Origin: Hydrurus foetidus
Lineage: Eukaryota
Direction: 5' to 3'
DNA: 63,006 nucleotides
NCBI GenBank assembly: GCA_900617105.1
Contig: UYFQ01000704.1
Span: 1-63,006 of the forward strand
Of this stretch, positions 1 to 11,100 are shown one piece after another (the first letter of the stretch is position 1; every line of letters begins with the position of its first letter). The translations under genes and the position numbers were made by a program. The notes under the pieces are model-generated. The model was given only the letters and a program-made list of their open reading frames with translations. It had not been told where the DNA came from and ran no database searches.

Positions 1-539
1 TGTTAACGTTGCAAGATGAACTCATCGAAATCACCGCACGTCTACTCAAAGAATCCGACGACTTGCACAATGCACAACAACTTCCCAACGTCACACAGTT
101 CGGGGTCGACACATTTGTACTTGTCCAACAAAGAACATCACCAGAAACGCGCATGCACACACTGTGGCGCGGCCCAATTCGAGTTGTCAGCCGTAACTTC
201 GCAGAGTATACATTATTCGATCTGGTAACACACAAAGAAAAGTTGTACCACATGACCCAACTAAAACCGTTTCACTTTGATCCTACGCATGTCGATCCAA
301 CTGACATTGCTCGTAGAGATTATCTGGAATTCTTCATAGAGGAAATCCTAGAAATGAAAGGAAACATAAGAGCATACAAATCACTCACATTTCATGTGAA
401 ATGGCTCAACTACACCCATGAACACAATACATGGGAACCGTGGACACACATGCGTAAAGCGCAAAAAGTACATGAGTTCTGAATCAAAAAGAACCTCAAA
501 CACTTAATACCACGCGAATTCATCGCAAACTACCGTTAA
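1..539 (+). mobile_element. 3' end of pol of a Ty3/Gypsy chromodomain LTR retrotransposon (element 1): integrase C-terminus + chromodomain
   Basis: ORF 9-482 has a GPY/F-type motif (WRGPI) and a chromodomain (FHVKWLNY..NTWEPW). It closely parallels the IN-chromo end of the element at 39213-40050 (TDxARRDYxEF). After an in-frame TGA at 480-482 the homologous tail IKKNLKHLIPREF continues to TAA at ~539. Confidence 0.9.
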
Positions 540-1105
540 CCGGTAAAACAAAAATAAAAAATTGATTAACTAAATCATAAAGATTCCTCCTAGATTGGAT
601 CCTCAGGGATTTTAGGGAGGTTTATTCAGTAAGGAACTTTCAGTTCTTAGTCTGAAATAGTTATTCAATAAGTTACTTACTTACTCATAGTTAGTATATG
701 CTGTGTCACGGTTCAGCAAACTGGCTGAAGATGAAACGTTGGTTCTGGAGTTGAGCAAATCGGCTCAACTGGAGATCTTGTCAGACTACTTGGACTGATC
801 AAGGCGGTTGGTTGACTCAAAGGAGTCGAAGTCGGTTGGAGTTTATTAACGGTAGTTATTAAGATGTGAAAGGAGTGTGAGATTAGCTACGATAGAGTGC
901 AACTCGAGTTGACGTTGTCGAACAGTCAGAAACCGAAAACTGGTTCGAAAAACTAGTGGTTACAACTAACGTGCGATTTGTCAGTACATACGTGCATGCA
1001 ATATATAGTGTAACTATAACACCACCCTCCTCCGGATCAAATGAATTGATTGTGTGAAGTGGAAATTAAGAAATACAAATAGTTAACTACATCTCAGTGA
1101 GTTCG

Positions 1106-1567
1106 TTAAAGTATTTGCATCGCGATAAAAGCTTCTTGAAAAAACATAAAATAATTGTCTGCGCGGTAAAAATCGAATACACTTATGGTAAGAGGAACTT
1201 CAAGTTGGATTGATAGGAAGCGAGCGTCGCCTAAGCGAACTATTCGATCTATTGGGAGACTGAGATTAGTAACAGTCTCAGGAAGGCTATCAAATAGTTG
1301 TCTGGAGATGAAGTTGCTGCCTTGTGCTCCTGTGTCAAGTAAACCTCGTGTGAAGTTGATTGGTTCGTTGTCAGTCACGATGGTACCAGCGCGAATGAAG
1401 GGCTGGCACAGTATCTGTGAAGATGTAGATGTGGCAGCTGCCAGTTGATTGAGCATGGCTTGCGTTAAGATTTTGTCGGGATCAAATACAGTCGAATGTG
1501 CGTAGTCGTTTAAGGGGGCGAGGTGATCTTCCACATGCATGTCAGCAAAGGAAGGCCTCGCAGATTC
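1106..1567 (-). CDS. Retroviral-type aspartic protease (C-terminally truncated), in frame with gag behind a TAG
   Basis: LLDTGAQGSNFIS catalytic motif; same frame as gag with no stop between the TAG (1568-1570) and the ATG at 1540. Confidence 0.85.
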   Translation of the reverse strand, partial: ESARPSFADMHVEDHLAPLNDYAHSTVFDPDKILTQAMLNQLAAATSTSSQILCQPFIRAGTIVTDNEPINFTRGLLDTGAQGSNFISRQLFDSLPETVTNLSLPIDRIVRLGDARFLSIQLEVPLTISVFDFYRADNYFMFFQEAFIAMQIL

Positions 1568-3364
1568 CTATTTGTGGTACGGACGAGTAGTTGTCGTTGA
1601 GACATGAGGCTTTGTAGCTGCAGGAAGATATGAAGGTGCAGAGTTCTTGAATCCGTGGGAATTGTTTATTTTCTGTTTGTTGGTTGGTTCAAGTTTTGGA
1701 GAAGACCATTGTTCTAGCTGTCCATGTTGTTGTAGCTCTCGTTTGGCAAGTAGAGTAAATGACTGAATACACCGTTCCTGACCTGCAGCCGAATGATCAA
1801 AAGTGCAACCAGAGTGCTGGCGCATGCATTTACCGTAGACGAATGCTTCACTGCAATATCCACGGAAGGTCGCAGAAACAGCTGAACGGGAGCGATGCTG
1901 ATCTGCGTTTATTGCAAGGAGGAAATCATTGTCTGTAGGTGTCGCGTTTGTATCATTCTGGTCATCAAATTCTTCAGTTGAGATTTCAAGCGCATCCTCC
2001 TTTTCTATGTCTTCATCATTGTTATCGTCATCGATGGAGTTTGACGTTTGTCGAGAAGAGATCTCTAGCGAAGAGAAGTTGGACTGCCGATGTTGGTCGT
2101 GTTTACGAGGAGTAACAAACGGTGGACGGCTTGGTGTAGATATCTGATGTCGGGTATGCGATTCCGCTTGAGTGTATCGTAAATCCTCATAGCGAATAGG
2201 GGTTAGCTTTGCATCGAAGTCTTGACGAGCCTCGCTTTGGGCGCGGCCCTCCATTAGTCTGGCTCTGATAAACTTGACTGATGCCTCAAGAGTCTTGTGT
2301 TTGACGAGTTCGTCTTTGCTAAGCCATTGTAGTATTGATTCTTTTTGTGTACCCAATGATATTAGCCATAAGGCAATTTGACCAGGACTGTCCCTTGTTC
2401 CATAGCCGCAGACTGGAATCTTTGCCTTGTTAGTGCTGTGATTGGAGGTTTCTTCTGACATGAGCTCGTAGAGGTGGAGCAAGTCGGTGAGTGACTTCAT
2501 CAGTGGAGCGTAGAATGTGCTAGAGAAGTTGTCGGTGGTTATGGAGGGAGTCTGTGGGATTCCTTTGCCAAGAAACAGAATTAGTTCCTTGGAGTAAAGC
2601 TCTTTTGTTCTTGGTCTTGCAGCCTCCACCAAAATAGCTTGTACCTCTGAATTTGATAAAGAGAGCCAATCTTCAACCATTATTTCGTTGGTTTCTATTC
2701 CGGTAATTAGGGATTCTCGATAACGGTGGGAGTTCCACGAGGCTATCACATGCGGGCGAAGGTTGTAGGAGACCATGTGGGCCATTTTGATATCACGACC
2801 GGGGTATTTGGAGGACAATAGTTGAAGTTGTCGAGCCAGATACTGGAGGCCTTCCAACGAACTGACTTTCAGCTCTTTGTCGTACACAATATCTGCTTGG
2901 AGCACTTGGATATTTGGTTTCAGTGGCGTATCAATGAGCGGCGTATCTGATGGCGGTGAACTTAATGGAAGTTGGGAAATTCCGAAGAACATTGAGGATC
3001 TTCTGCTACCACGGGATTTGATTGGGAGAGGTGTTTCCATGCTTTCGTCACCCATTGGAGATTGAGAGCTTGATCGATTGATTGCGATGATGGCGTCTTT
3101 GAGTTCGTTAATGTCGGCACGATTGCTTGCTTGGTTTTCGTTACTCGATTTCAGAAAGTGAGCGAACATATTCTTGAGCTCCAGAATCGAATTTTCGATT
3201 GGGTTTTCCTTCGAGACATCCATCTTCTTTTTTAAGTCTTCCTTCTTGGCATCTTCTTTCAAAGGTTGGATTTGGCTTCCTGTTCCTTCAGACATAGTCG
3301 AAGCAAGAAAAGAGAATTGTAGTCTTGGTTTCTTGAATAGGTTTCTTGATTCAAGATTGAGCAC
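1568..3364 (-). CDS. gag: Gag-like protein of element 2 with C-terminal CCCH-type zinc finger
   Basis: 598-aa ORF directly after the 5' LTR; C-x8-C-x6-C-x3-H at 1793-1855; followed in frame by a protease ORF. Confidence 0.75.
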   Translation of the reverse strand: MLNLESRNLFKKPRLQFSFLASTMSEGTGSQIQPLKEDAKKEDLKKKMDVSKENPIENSILELKNMFAHFLKSSNENQASNRADINELKDAIIAINRSSSQSPMGDESMETPLPIKSRGSRRSSMFFGISQLPLSSPPSDTPLIDTPLKPNIQVLQADIVYDKELKVSSLEGLQYLARQLQLLSSKYPGRDIKMAHMVSYNLRPHVIASWNSHRYRESLITGIETNEIMVEDWLSLSNSEVQAILVEAARPRTKELYSKELILFLGKGIPQTPSITTDNFSSTFYAPLMKSLTDLLHLYELMSEETSNHSTNKAKIPVCGYGTRDSPGQIALWLISLGTQKESILQWLSKDELVKHKTLEASVKFIRARLMEGRAQSEARQDFDAKLTPIRYEDLRYTQAESHTRHQISTPSRPPFVTPRKHDQHRQSNFSSLEISSRQTSNSIDDDNNDEDIEKEDALEISTEEFDDQNDTNATPTDNDFLLAINADQHRSRSAVSATFRGYCSEAFVYGKCMRQHSGCTFDHSAAGQERCIQSFTLLAKRELQQHGQLEQWSSPKLEPTNKQKINNSHGFKNSAPSYLPAATKPHVSTTTTRPYHK

Positions 3365-3870
3365 TTACCTCAGAGATTCGGAATCTCTCTGAGCCAGGGC
3401 GATCACTGCTTTCTGGCGGATAAGAGACGAATCAACTGAGGGAAATCGTTCCTTTAACGTTTTCTCGTGGTTACTAGAAATATATATTTATGCTGTGTCA
3501 CGGTTCAGCAAACTGGCTGAAGATGAAACGTTGGTTCTGGAGTTGAGCAAATCGGCTCAACTGGAGATCTTGTCAGACTACTTGGACTGATCAAGGCGGT
3601 TGGTTGACTCAAAGGAGTCGAAGTCGGTTGGAGTTTATTAACGGTAGTTATTAAGATGTGAAAGGAGTGTGAGATTAGCTACGATAGAGTGCAACTCGAG
3701 TTGACGTTGTCGAACAGTCAGAAACCGAAAACTGGTTCGAAAAACTAGTGGTTACAACTAACGTGCGATTTGTCAGTACATACGTGCATGCAATATATAG
3801 TGTAACTATAACAAGTATTTTGATGATGAATTTTGTCATTTAGTACACCCCTTTAGAGAGAGAGGGGCAC

Positions 3871-4425
3871 TGTGACCCGCACACCCGTACGGGCTGTACG
3901 GGTACAGGCGTACGTTCGGATCGGATCGAGGACGATCCGATCCATCCGATTCATTGCCATGATACCTGCTGTGTTTATCTGTAAGCTAACCACATTGTTT
4001 CCATAGCAATAGCTCTTCCAGCACCCTTCCCCTTGCTCCCGCTCCCAGCCGTCCCGCTCCCAGTGCCTAGATCCTAGTGAGGCCACAGTACCGTCGTTCT
4101 TGCAGTCAATAATTTGCGCTTTCCGTAAGCTACCGTAGATGTGAGCTCTGATTCAGCAATCGGCGCCGGCGGCTACTCGCTGCAAAAGAAATGTGGCGAA
4201 TCCGGTCATCCAATTCACAAAATCGAGCCACGCCGCCAAAAATCTGTCGATCCCCTGCTTCCCAGCCGTGTCAGATGAGAGCTTTTTGCTGTCCTCACGC
4301 CGCCTAGTCCGGTAGCATTTCGCTTCATATATCGTTTAATATTATGGCCCGCATGTGGCGTAGAGTGTAGCGTATGCGTGTATATAAAGGGTTGGAGCCG
4401 CAGTTTCTGTAGCCTGTTCCTCACA
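3871..4425 (+). repeat. Probable 3' LTR of element 1 (~555 bp)
   Basis: Starts TGTGA, 3 nt after the polypurine tract AGAGAGAGAGGGG (3855-3867), and ends TCACA (inverted termini). Contains TATATAAA at ~4381. The partner LTR lies outside the window. Confidence 0.7.
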
Positions 4426-4466
4426 GCAGTACGAAAAGGAGCTTTTGACCTCTGTCAAAAACACGA

Positions 4467-4722
4467 AATAGTAATTTCGTACCGAGACCATAAAACCGAG
4501 ATGTTTTTCGTACCGAGGGCGAAGCCCCGAGGTTCGAAATACTTCGAGGTTTATGGTTAAGTGTACGAACGTTACTTTTTATTCCGATGGGTTCATAAAG
4601 ACCCGTTTCGGTCCTACGGGTCGAAAAGGAATCCTACGGGTCGACCCGCGCGTGAAAACGGTGAAATCTGGCCGGAAGCTCGTTACCGGAAAAGGGTCTT
4701 TATGAACCCTGAGGGATAAAAA
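4467..4722. mobile_element. Short non-autonomous interspersed element (~255 bp), Helentron/HINE-like
   Basis: Near-identical to two copies at 48032-48581. Ends sit in T/A runs with no TSD. Internal inverted repeat GGGTTCATAAAGACCC/GGGTCTTTATGAACCC and several short hairpins. Confidence 0.6.
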
Positions 4723-6759
4723 AACCTCCCCGCAAAATAAATTCTCCCGTTTAGTTTTGACCGGCACAATTGGGGGATTAACCGTATGGTGGTTCCACCT
4801 TTATATAAAAAACAGGAAACCTCACCTATTTTTTTTGTCACGGAGATCATGCTCTCCTGTGTTTTGACGACGAATTCAGGTTTTTTCGTTTTCAGGTTCA
4901 CCACCTTTTTTCAATTTTCATGTCTGTTACGTTTTAGTTCGTCTCCGTCAACACTACTTAAAACACGACCAACACGTAACACCGCCCACGCTACACAACA
5001 CGACGACGTACTTGGCTGTCTACATTTAACTTGTAGTCATGGATCCAGTGCATGTTGGTCATCATCTTGACAGGAACGTTGTACGGCAGCCTGGGGATTC
5101 AAGTTATATGTTTCATTTATCGTGATGATGAGTGCATAGCTCTTGAGCACTTTACCGTCGAACGATAGGTTACGTGTATGTCGAAATCTACGTCTGACAT
5201 TGTGCGATACATCTAGATACGCCAGTAAGGGGGGGGAATCATCGAGATCGCTTGTCTTGTCCGCATGCTTCCTATGTTTCAAGCCTTACAGTGGTTGTAG
5301 TGGGATAAAATGGGTGGGAACTTTTGCTTCATCTTTGGCAGGCAGCAGTCATTACGACTTTTTTCTCTATCAAATATTCCAACCAACCTCTCTACTTATC
5401 GGGCAGATTCTGATAATTGTTTCAACTTATTTTGTTACGGCTTTTGATGCTATTTTCAAACCCTGGTCCTGTGCTATTGGATACAGCTGCGAAGAGACAA
5501 AGAACTGGCTACAAATTCATTAAAGAGACTCGTCGTAGTAGTGATCAGTAGTACGTATCAAGTGTTATTGAAATACAACTGAAACGGAATTTTACAATTA
5601 ATGTTGACTTTCAAAGGTGTGCTATAACTTCTTGAGCCGCTCATTTTGTGGAATCAATATAGTAGCACCAATATCTGGTCTTGTAAAAATATGCATAATA
5701 TGTAACCCGAATGGGTTCCCACGATCTCTTGATTCTTTTGAGCAGGACTTCACAAGTTCAAGATGGTCAAAAAGTAATTGATTCGTTGAAGGCGTGTTTG
5801 ATTAATTTCGACTTCGAAAAAGTTCATCAGGAACTATGCTACAACGAAATCTATGTTTAGCACTACTAGCAACGTTGAAGTCGAGGATCAGAGGTGCCTA
5901 TCGAAGTTCTTCGTGATTTGAACGATCAGCTTAGAGTTCATCTGCGATGTCATGAAAGATTGATCAAAGTCAGTGATTGAATGGTGAATGGTGGTACAGT
6001 TTAGACGCGGGACGCATCCATCGAAGACATTCCGTTTATACTTACATCTTAGCTGGCTATGAACAATTTCGCCGGCTGGCAACCCCGTGACTTTGTGAAT
6101 GCTTCCTATCGTTCCTATCAGGGATCATCATATTGGTTCAAGGAAATTTACGATAAGCAAATAAGCCTGTTTCTATCCTTACCTCTCCGCTTAATTGTAA
6201 TGGCTCAGTTTTGTCCCGTCTGACAAAGTTTGACCATTGTAATGTTTAGTCATGCTCAAATTCCGAAAGGCTCAAGTTTACATATAATGATACTCCATTG
6301 TGGAAGGTCAGAGCACGTATCTCTGTTGTTCTTCCATGAGGCATTTCATTGTCCGTGAACTTTGTTCCTTTCGGAAAAGAGTGTGTCGTTCTCAAAAGTA
6401 GCCATCGCACATAATATTGTTCCCAGCCAATCGTGCCGATAACGGTGTTGCAGGTTGGTGGGTCGCAATGCCCGAGAAACTCCTCCTAATGCGTGATACG
6501 TGGATAGTGGATAGTGAGATTTGAGCCAACCGTGTAAATACCGACAAATCAACGCGTCTGAGGACGCGGCTATTTTTTTTACTGCACGGAGATAACGTAT
6601 CATAAAATTGCATCTCCGTACATTGTATACATACAGAATAACTATCACGTACAATTCGTACATACAAAATATTAGTGTTTTATTCGTATTTACATAAAAT
6701 TACGTACGCGCAAAATTAATTAATTGTACACATCATCAGAATATCATGTGTATAGTGCT

Positions 6760-7330
6760 CTCACCGGACGCAGTTTGTTCGGCGAGATATCGCGTCTCTT
6801 GTTTCGCTGCAAAGTGACGACTACCTACCCTCAGCGGGTGAACAAAAAGTGGGAGTCTTTTGATTTCTTATTTATGCGCACCAGACTTTATATATTTCTT
6901 TATAACACGCACATACGGTAGCCCATTCAAGAATCAGGCACATATCACACAGCAGCGACGGTGTACGCGATCATGGCAGTTCTCGTGGTGGAAGACCGGA
7001 CTTCTTTTAGTTGAGACGGCGTCTGCGGTGTTTCCTTACTCAATTAGTTGGCGGTCACAAAATGATGCGGTCTGTAGAATTCCAATATCCGCGCACCAGA
7101 CTTATCACACGGCACATACGGAGGTACGAATCAGGCGCACATGACAGAAGCTGGTGCAATTTCCGCGATCATGGCAGTTCTCGTGGTGAAGGACGTTTAC
7201 ACCGGACTTTTCTCCCTCAGAGATGGCGGTATTTCCCTCCTACGTGAACACTGAGGACACAAAATGAAGGAGTCTAATAAATTCGATGTCCGCGCACCAG
7301 ACTTTATATTATCGGACGCCACATGTCACC
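6760..7330. repeat. Degenerate tandem repeat, ~200-215 bp period, ~3 copies
   Basis: GCGCACCAGACT recurs at 6876, 7091 and 7292; GCGATCATGGCAGTTCTCGTGGTG recurs at ~6967 and ~7165. Confidence 0.7.
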
Positions 7331-8133
7331 GACTCGCTCTCAAATGAAGCCTCTCACTGGGAATCCACTGCCTGCATGTTACAGTAAGTCGAGGCAAGTT
7401 ATCGATGCCGTTGTGCATGTTCGAGGGAGACGGAACCAATTTTAACAGCACGTTTACTACGCACCAGCTTTAAGTTTCTAATCAAGCGTTTGGATTGACT
7501 ATATGGAGATGACTGATCATTATTCAGGCGGCTGACCATGATCGAATTGACGTGGCGTCCCTTATCGGAAGCATCGCTGTAAAGGTGACGAATACAAATT
7601 TCTGGATCAGTATTGCTGGATAGTCGTCATAGTCGACGCTTCAAATATGAGATTGTGATTTGAGGTGGGATTGTGATTGTTGTGAGGTGGAGTTGGTGTA
7701 TTGACGCGTCCTGCAACGATGGACGCGTCCTGCAGAACGCGTCCTGAATTCTAGTAAAGGTCTACGGTCCACGACTGAAACCGTATAAACATGCGTGCGT
7801 CCTGGAATATCGGATGCGTACCGACGTATCGAACCGTATAATACGGTACTGTAGCACGACTGAGCTGCCCCCCACAATATCAGGCGCATATTATATGTAG
7901 GGAGGGCTCTCGAGGCTTCTTCTGCGAAGTCATTCGGAATTCCTCCCCTCTTCTTTCAGTTCATCTTCGCTTTCAGTTTAGTTGTGTCACAGAAAAGCAT
8001 CTCGACAACTTTCCGCGCGACAAGGCAATCGTGCGCACATAGAGAGTGCGATCGATTCTTCTGTCGCGATACCCGAACTGATCGGGAATGATCGAACAAC
8101 TTCACTCATGTGATTGACGTTCCACTTATTGGC

Positions 8134-11100
8134 ATGGGCGCCTTTTCTCTCCGGCAAAGGCCGAAAAAAGACGATAGTAATAGTAATAGAGCTGTTGTTA
8201 GAGATGATGAAGAGGATAATCGCGAAAGAACAACTTTGCTAAGTCATCAATATTACATCGTCTGCCCCTGCGCAGTTATTGTGTACATAATTTTACAATT
8301 CCTAATCGGCACTGTGAGTAACCTGGGTGACAAGGAGGGCGAAATGTCTGATAGAATTTACTACTTTTACAATGGGGCTGGTTTCAGCTTCATAATCTCG
8401 GCTATTCAACAAATTGTCCGCATCCTTGAGTGCCGTTTTCAATGGGGCAACAAAAACTCACAGGGGATTTATTTCACCGTTTTCACCGTCAGCTCAATTG
8501 CTGCCAGTTCTTTTATTCTGACTACCACCTTGATGTGGGGCGGCATGTGTAAGGACATTCTGGGCGTTGAGTCGACTGCCGCTCAATGGGCGGAATGGCT
8601 AGTTACGGTACCTTTGATGGTTTACATGACCCTTGCAATGGAGGACAAGGAACGCCTTACATTCCACGATATAGTGATAATAGCTGTCTTTACCATCGCA
8701 ATCTCCTTTGGATTTCTACTTAATTTCAAGAAAATGCCTCTCATTATCGGCTACCTACTATTCATCCTTGGATGCTGCAGCATCACTGTGACCATCGTAC
8801 TGGATCGTCTTTCTGGGGCGAAATTCGCGCACGCGATAAACGACTCCAGCACATCGCATACTGACTACAGACGTGTCTTGATTAAGGCATCCAAACGAAG
8901 AACTTTATCTCGTCTGTTTTTGGCAGTTTTTCCCCTTTTTCCGCTCACGCATATTCTCGCACAGGCTCAATTGCTTGACAAAGACATGACTCTCATAGCA
9001 TATGCCCTTTGTAGTTTGATCGCAAAACTGCTGTTCGCCAGCTCCGTTTCCGATGCACACATGAGTTTAGCTGAGGGAGTCAACAAGTTGCGTCTCTCTG
9101 CAGAGTTGACAGCGAACGAGAAAAGGAGAAACTTTTTGCGGTATGTTTTTCACGAAGTTCGAGTGCCTTTGAATACGATATCCATGGGACTTATTGTAGT
9201 GAAGGAAGATCAAAGTCGATTGAGCGATGCCTCAAAGGAAGCTGTCGCCATGATGAATGGAGCCACGAACTTCATGAGCGACACCCTGAACGACGTGTTG
9301 TCCATGCAGAGGATCGAGGAAGGGAAAATGGAACTCGTTCGAAAGCCCTTTTCCATGGCAGCACTCATAATAGCAGCTACCACAGCTGTCAAAGGTTGTG
9401 CAGATGCCAAAAAGATTCTAATGTTCGTAGAGTCCGAACTTGATTTACCCATGGAGAGGGGTTCCTATATAGGTGACCGCTTCCGACTTGAACATGTAGT
9501 GGTCAATTTCCTGTCAAATGCGATTAAATTTTCTCCCGAATCATCGAAAATAATTGTGAAACTTACTTGCGAGATGCTGTGCGGTGACGGCAAGGCTCCT
9601 GCAATGCAAGAGGAGGGGCACATTCTATCGAAAATAAAGTATATGCTGTCAGTGCCTTTCCAAATTGCATCTCGCCATCCCGAAATTCACCCCCAGCCTA
9701 TGCTGCCTCCCGGGGGATTCAAGGTGTGTCCGGAGCCACCCACTCTGTGTGTGGTGACATTGCTGGTGATAGACGAAGGCACGGGCATCGCGAAACGGGA
9801 TTTGAATAGGCTTTTCATGCCCTACTGTCAGATACAGGCAGACCTGCTGCAGCAAGGCAAAGGCACGGGCCTTGGTCTAGTGCTAGCCAAGGAAATAATT
9901 AGTTTGCACGGAGGGCAAGTAGTGGTGACCAGCGAACTCGGCAAGGGCAGCACTTTCGGCTTCTCCATCCCCTTTGAGCTGCTGCCCTGTGTCTCCGACT
10001 GCTGTCCCTCGAAGAAAGCCAGCGTGCAGGAACAGGCATATCTGGACTCTACCCTGCAATCCTTCCTATGCATTGACACTCGCCCTGTAGAACTCGCCGA
10101 TGGCTCGAATGCACACGGAGGAGCGAAGAAGCAGTTGTGTCACCACCCGCTCTTCCATCCGTGTAATGGACCAACAGCAGATAGTGAAAGCAAAAAGGCA
10201 GACACGCTCTTCATGCAAAAAGCAGTAGAGAAGGAGGCCAACCTTAAAGCAGGGAGGACCTTTTTGATCGTAGACGGTAATATCTACCTACATCTAGTGC
10301 AGTGCTGACACATCTACCAGTCTTGACTGATTGACCCTGTCCCTCTCTGACATCTCTTTCCGATGACACTATTTGACTTTCCTCTCTCGCAGACACGCCC
10401 TCCAACAGCCGCATGCTGGCCATGGTGCTGATGGGCAGAGGAATAGCCTGCGAAATCGCTGGAAACGGCCAACACGCCATCGACATGGTGTTGAGAAACG
10501 GAGACACCTTTGATCTCATTTTCATGGATCACTTCATGCCCGTCATGGTGAGCAAACCTCTCTGATCTTTTGCCGTCCTATCGCGCATCACTTTTTATCA
10601 CTCCAGTGCATTTTCTCATTACGGAGTCGAGATACTCTAAGTATGGTAGCGAATAAATGATGCCTAGTACCCTTATCGCATCCTCTGTCGCTCTTCCACT
10701 CTTTTCCTTTTCCGTGGCCCTCTTGCCTCTCAGTCCGGCATAGAAGCCACTAGAGGAATCAGAGCTGCTGGCTTCGAGCGATTGATATTCGGACTCACGG
10801 GAGATGCGCTAGACGAAGACGTGCAGGGATTCTTAGAAGCTGGAGCAGACTGTGTGCTCGGAAAGGTCAGTGCCCCGCCCTACACCGCTCTGCATTGACA
10901 CTCATTGTTGTCTTGTCTCGAAGACCTTGGCCGACATCAATGCATCAATCTTTTTAATTGACTACATAGCTTTATCATGCCGGCACATATACCTCCCTAT
11001 CTCTTCATCCCCGACTTCTTCTCCTTCGATCCACATCAGGTGCGACTCATATTATACTTGTGTCTAACCGCCCTTTCATCTCTTCCGTCTCTCTTCTTCT

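Larger units (their letters stand above)
697..3813 (-). mobile_element. Non-autonomous Gypsy-type LTR retrotransposon (element 2) encoding only Gag + protease, nested in the 3' UTR of element 1
   Basis: Direct repeats 697-1021 and 3489-3813 (325 bp, identical by eye); 4-bp TSD AGTA (693-696/3814-3817); minus-strand PPT GGAGGAGGGTGG (1022-1033) adjacent to the 3' LTR; no RT/RH/IN motifs inside. Confidence 0.92.

Noticed and set aside
480..482. Alternative genetic code or selenocysteine suggested by in-frame stops in TEs
   Set aside because: Host genes end normally in TAG (kinase, SF3A3), TAA (dynein) and TGA (kinesin). This TGA aligns with Leu in element 3, so it is probably a nonsense mutation or error.
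4930..6350. Possible decayed gene or transposase
   Set aside because: Only short ORFs with no motif I can recognise; needs BLASTx.
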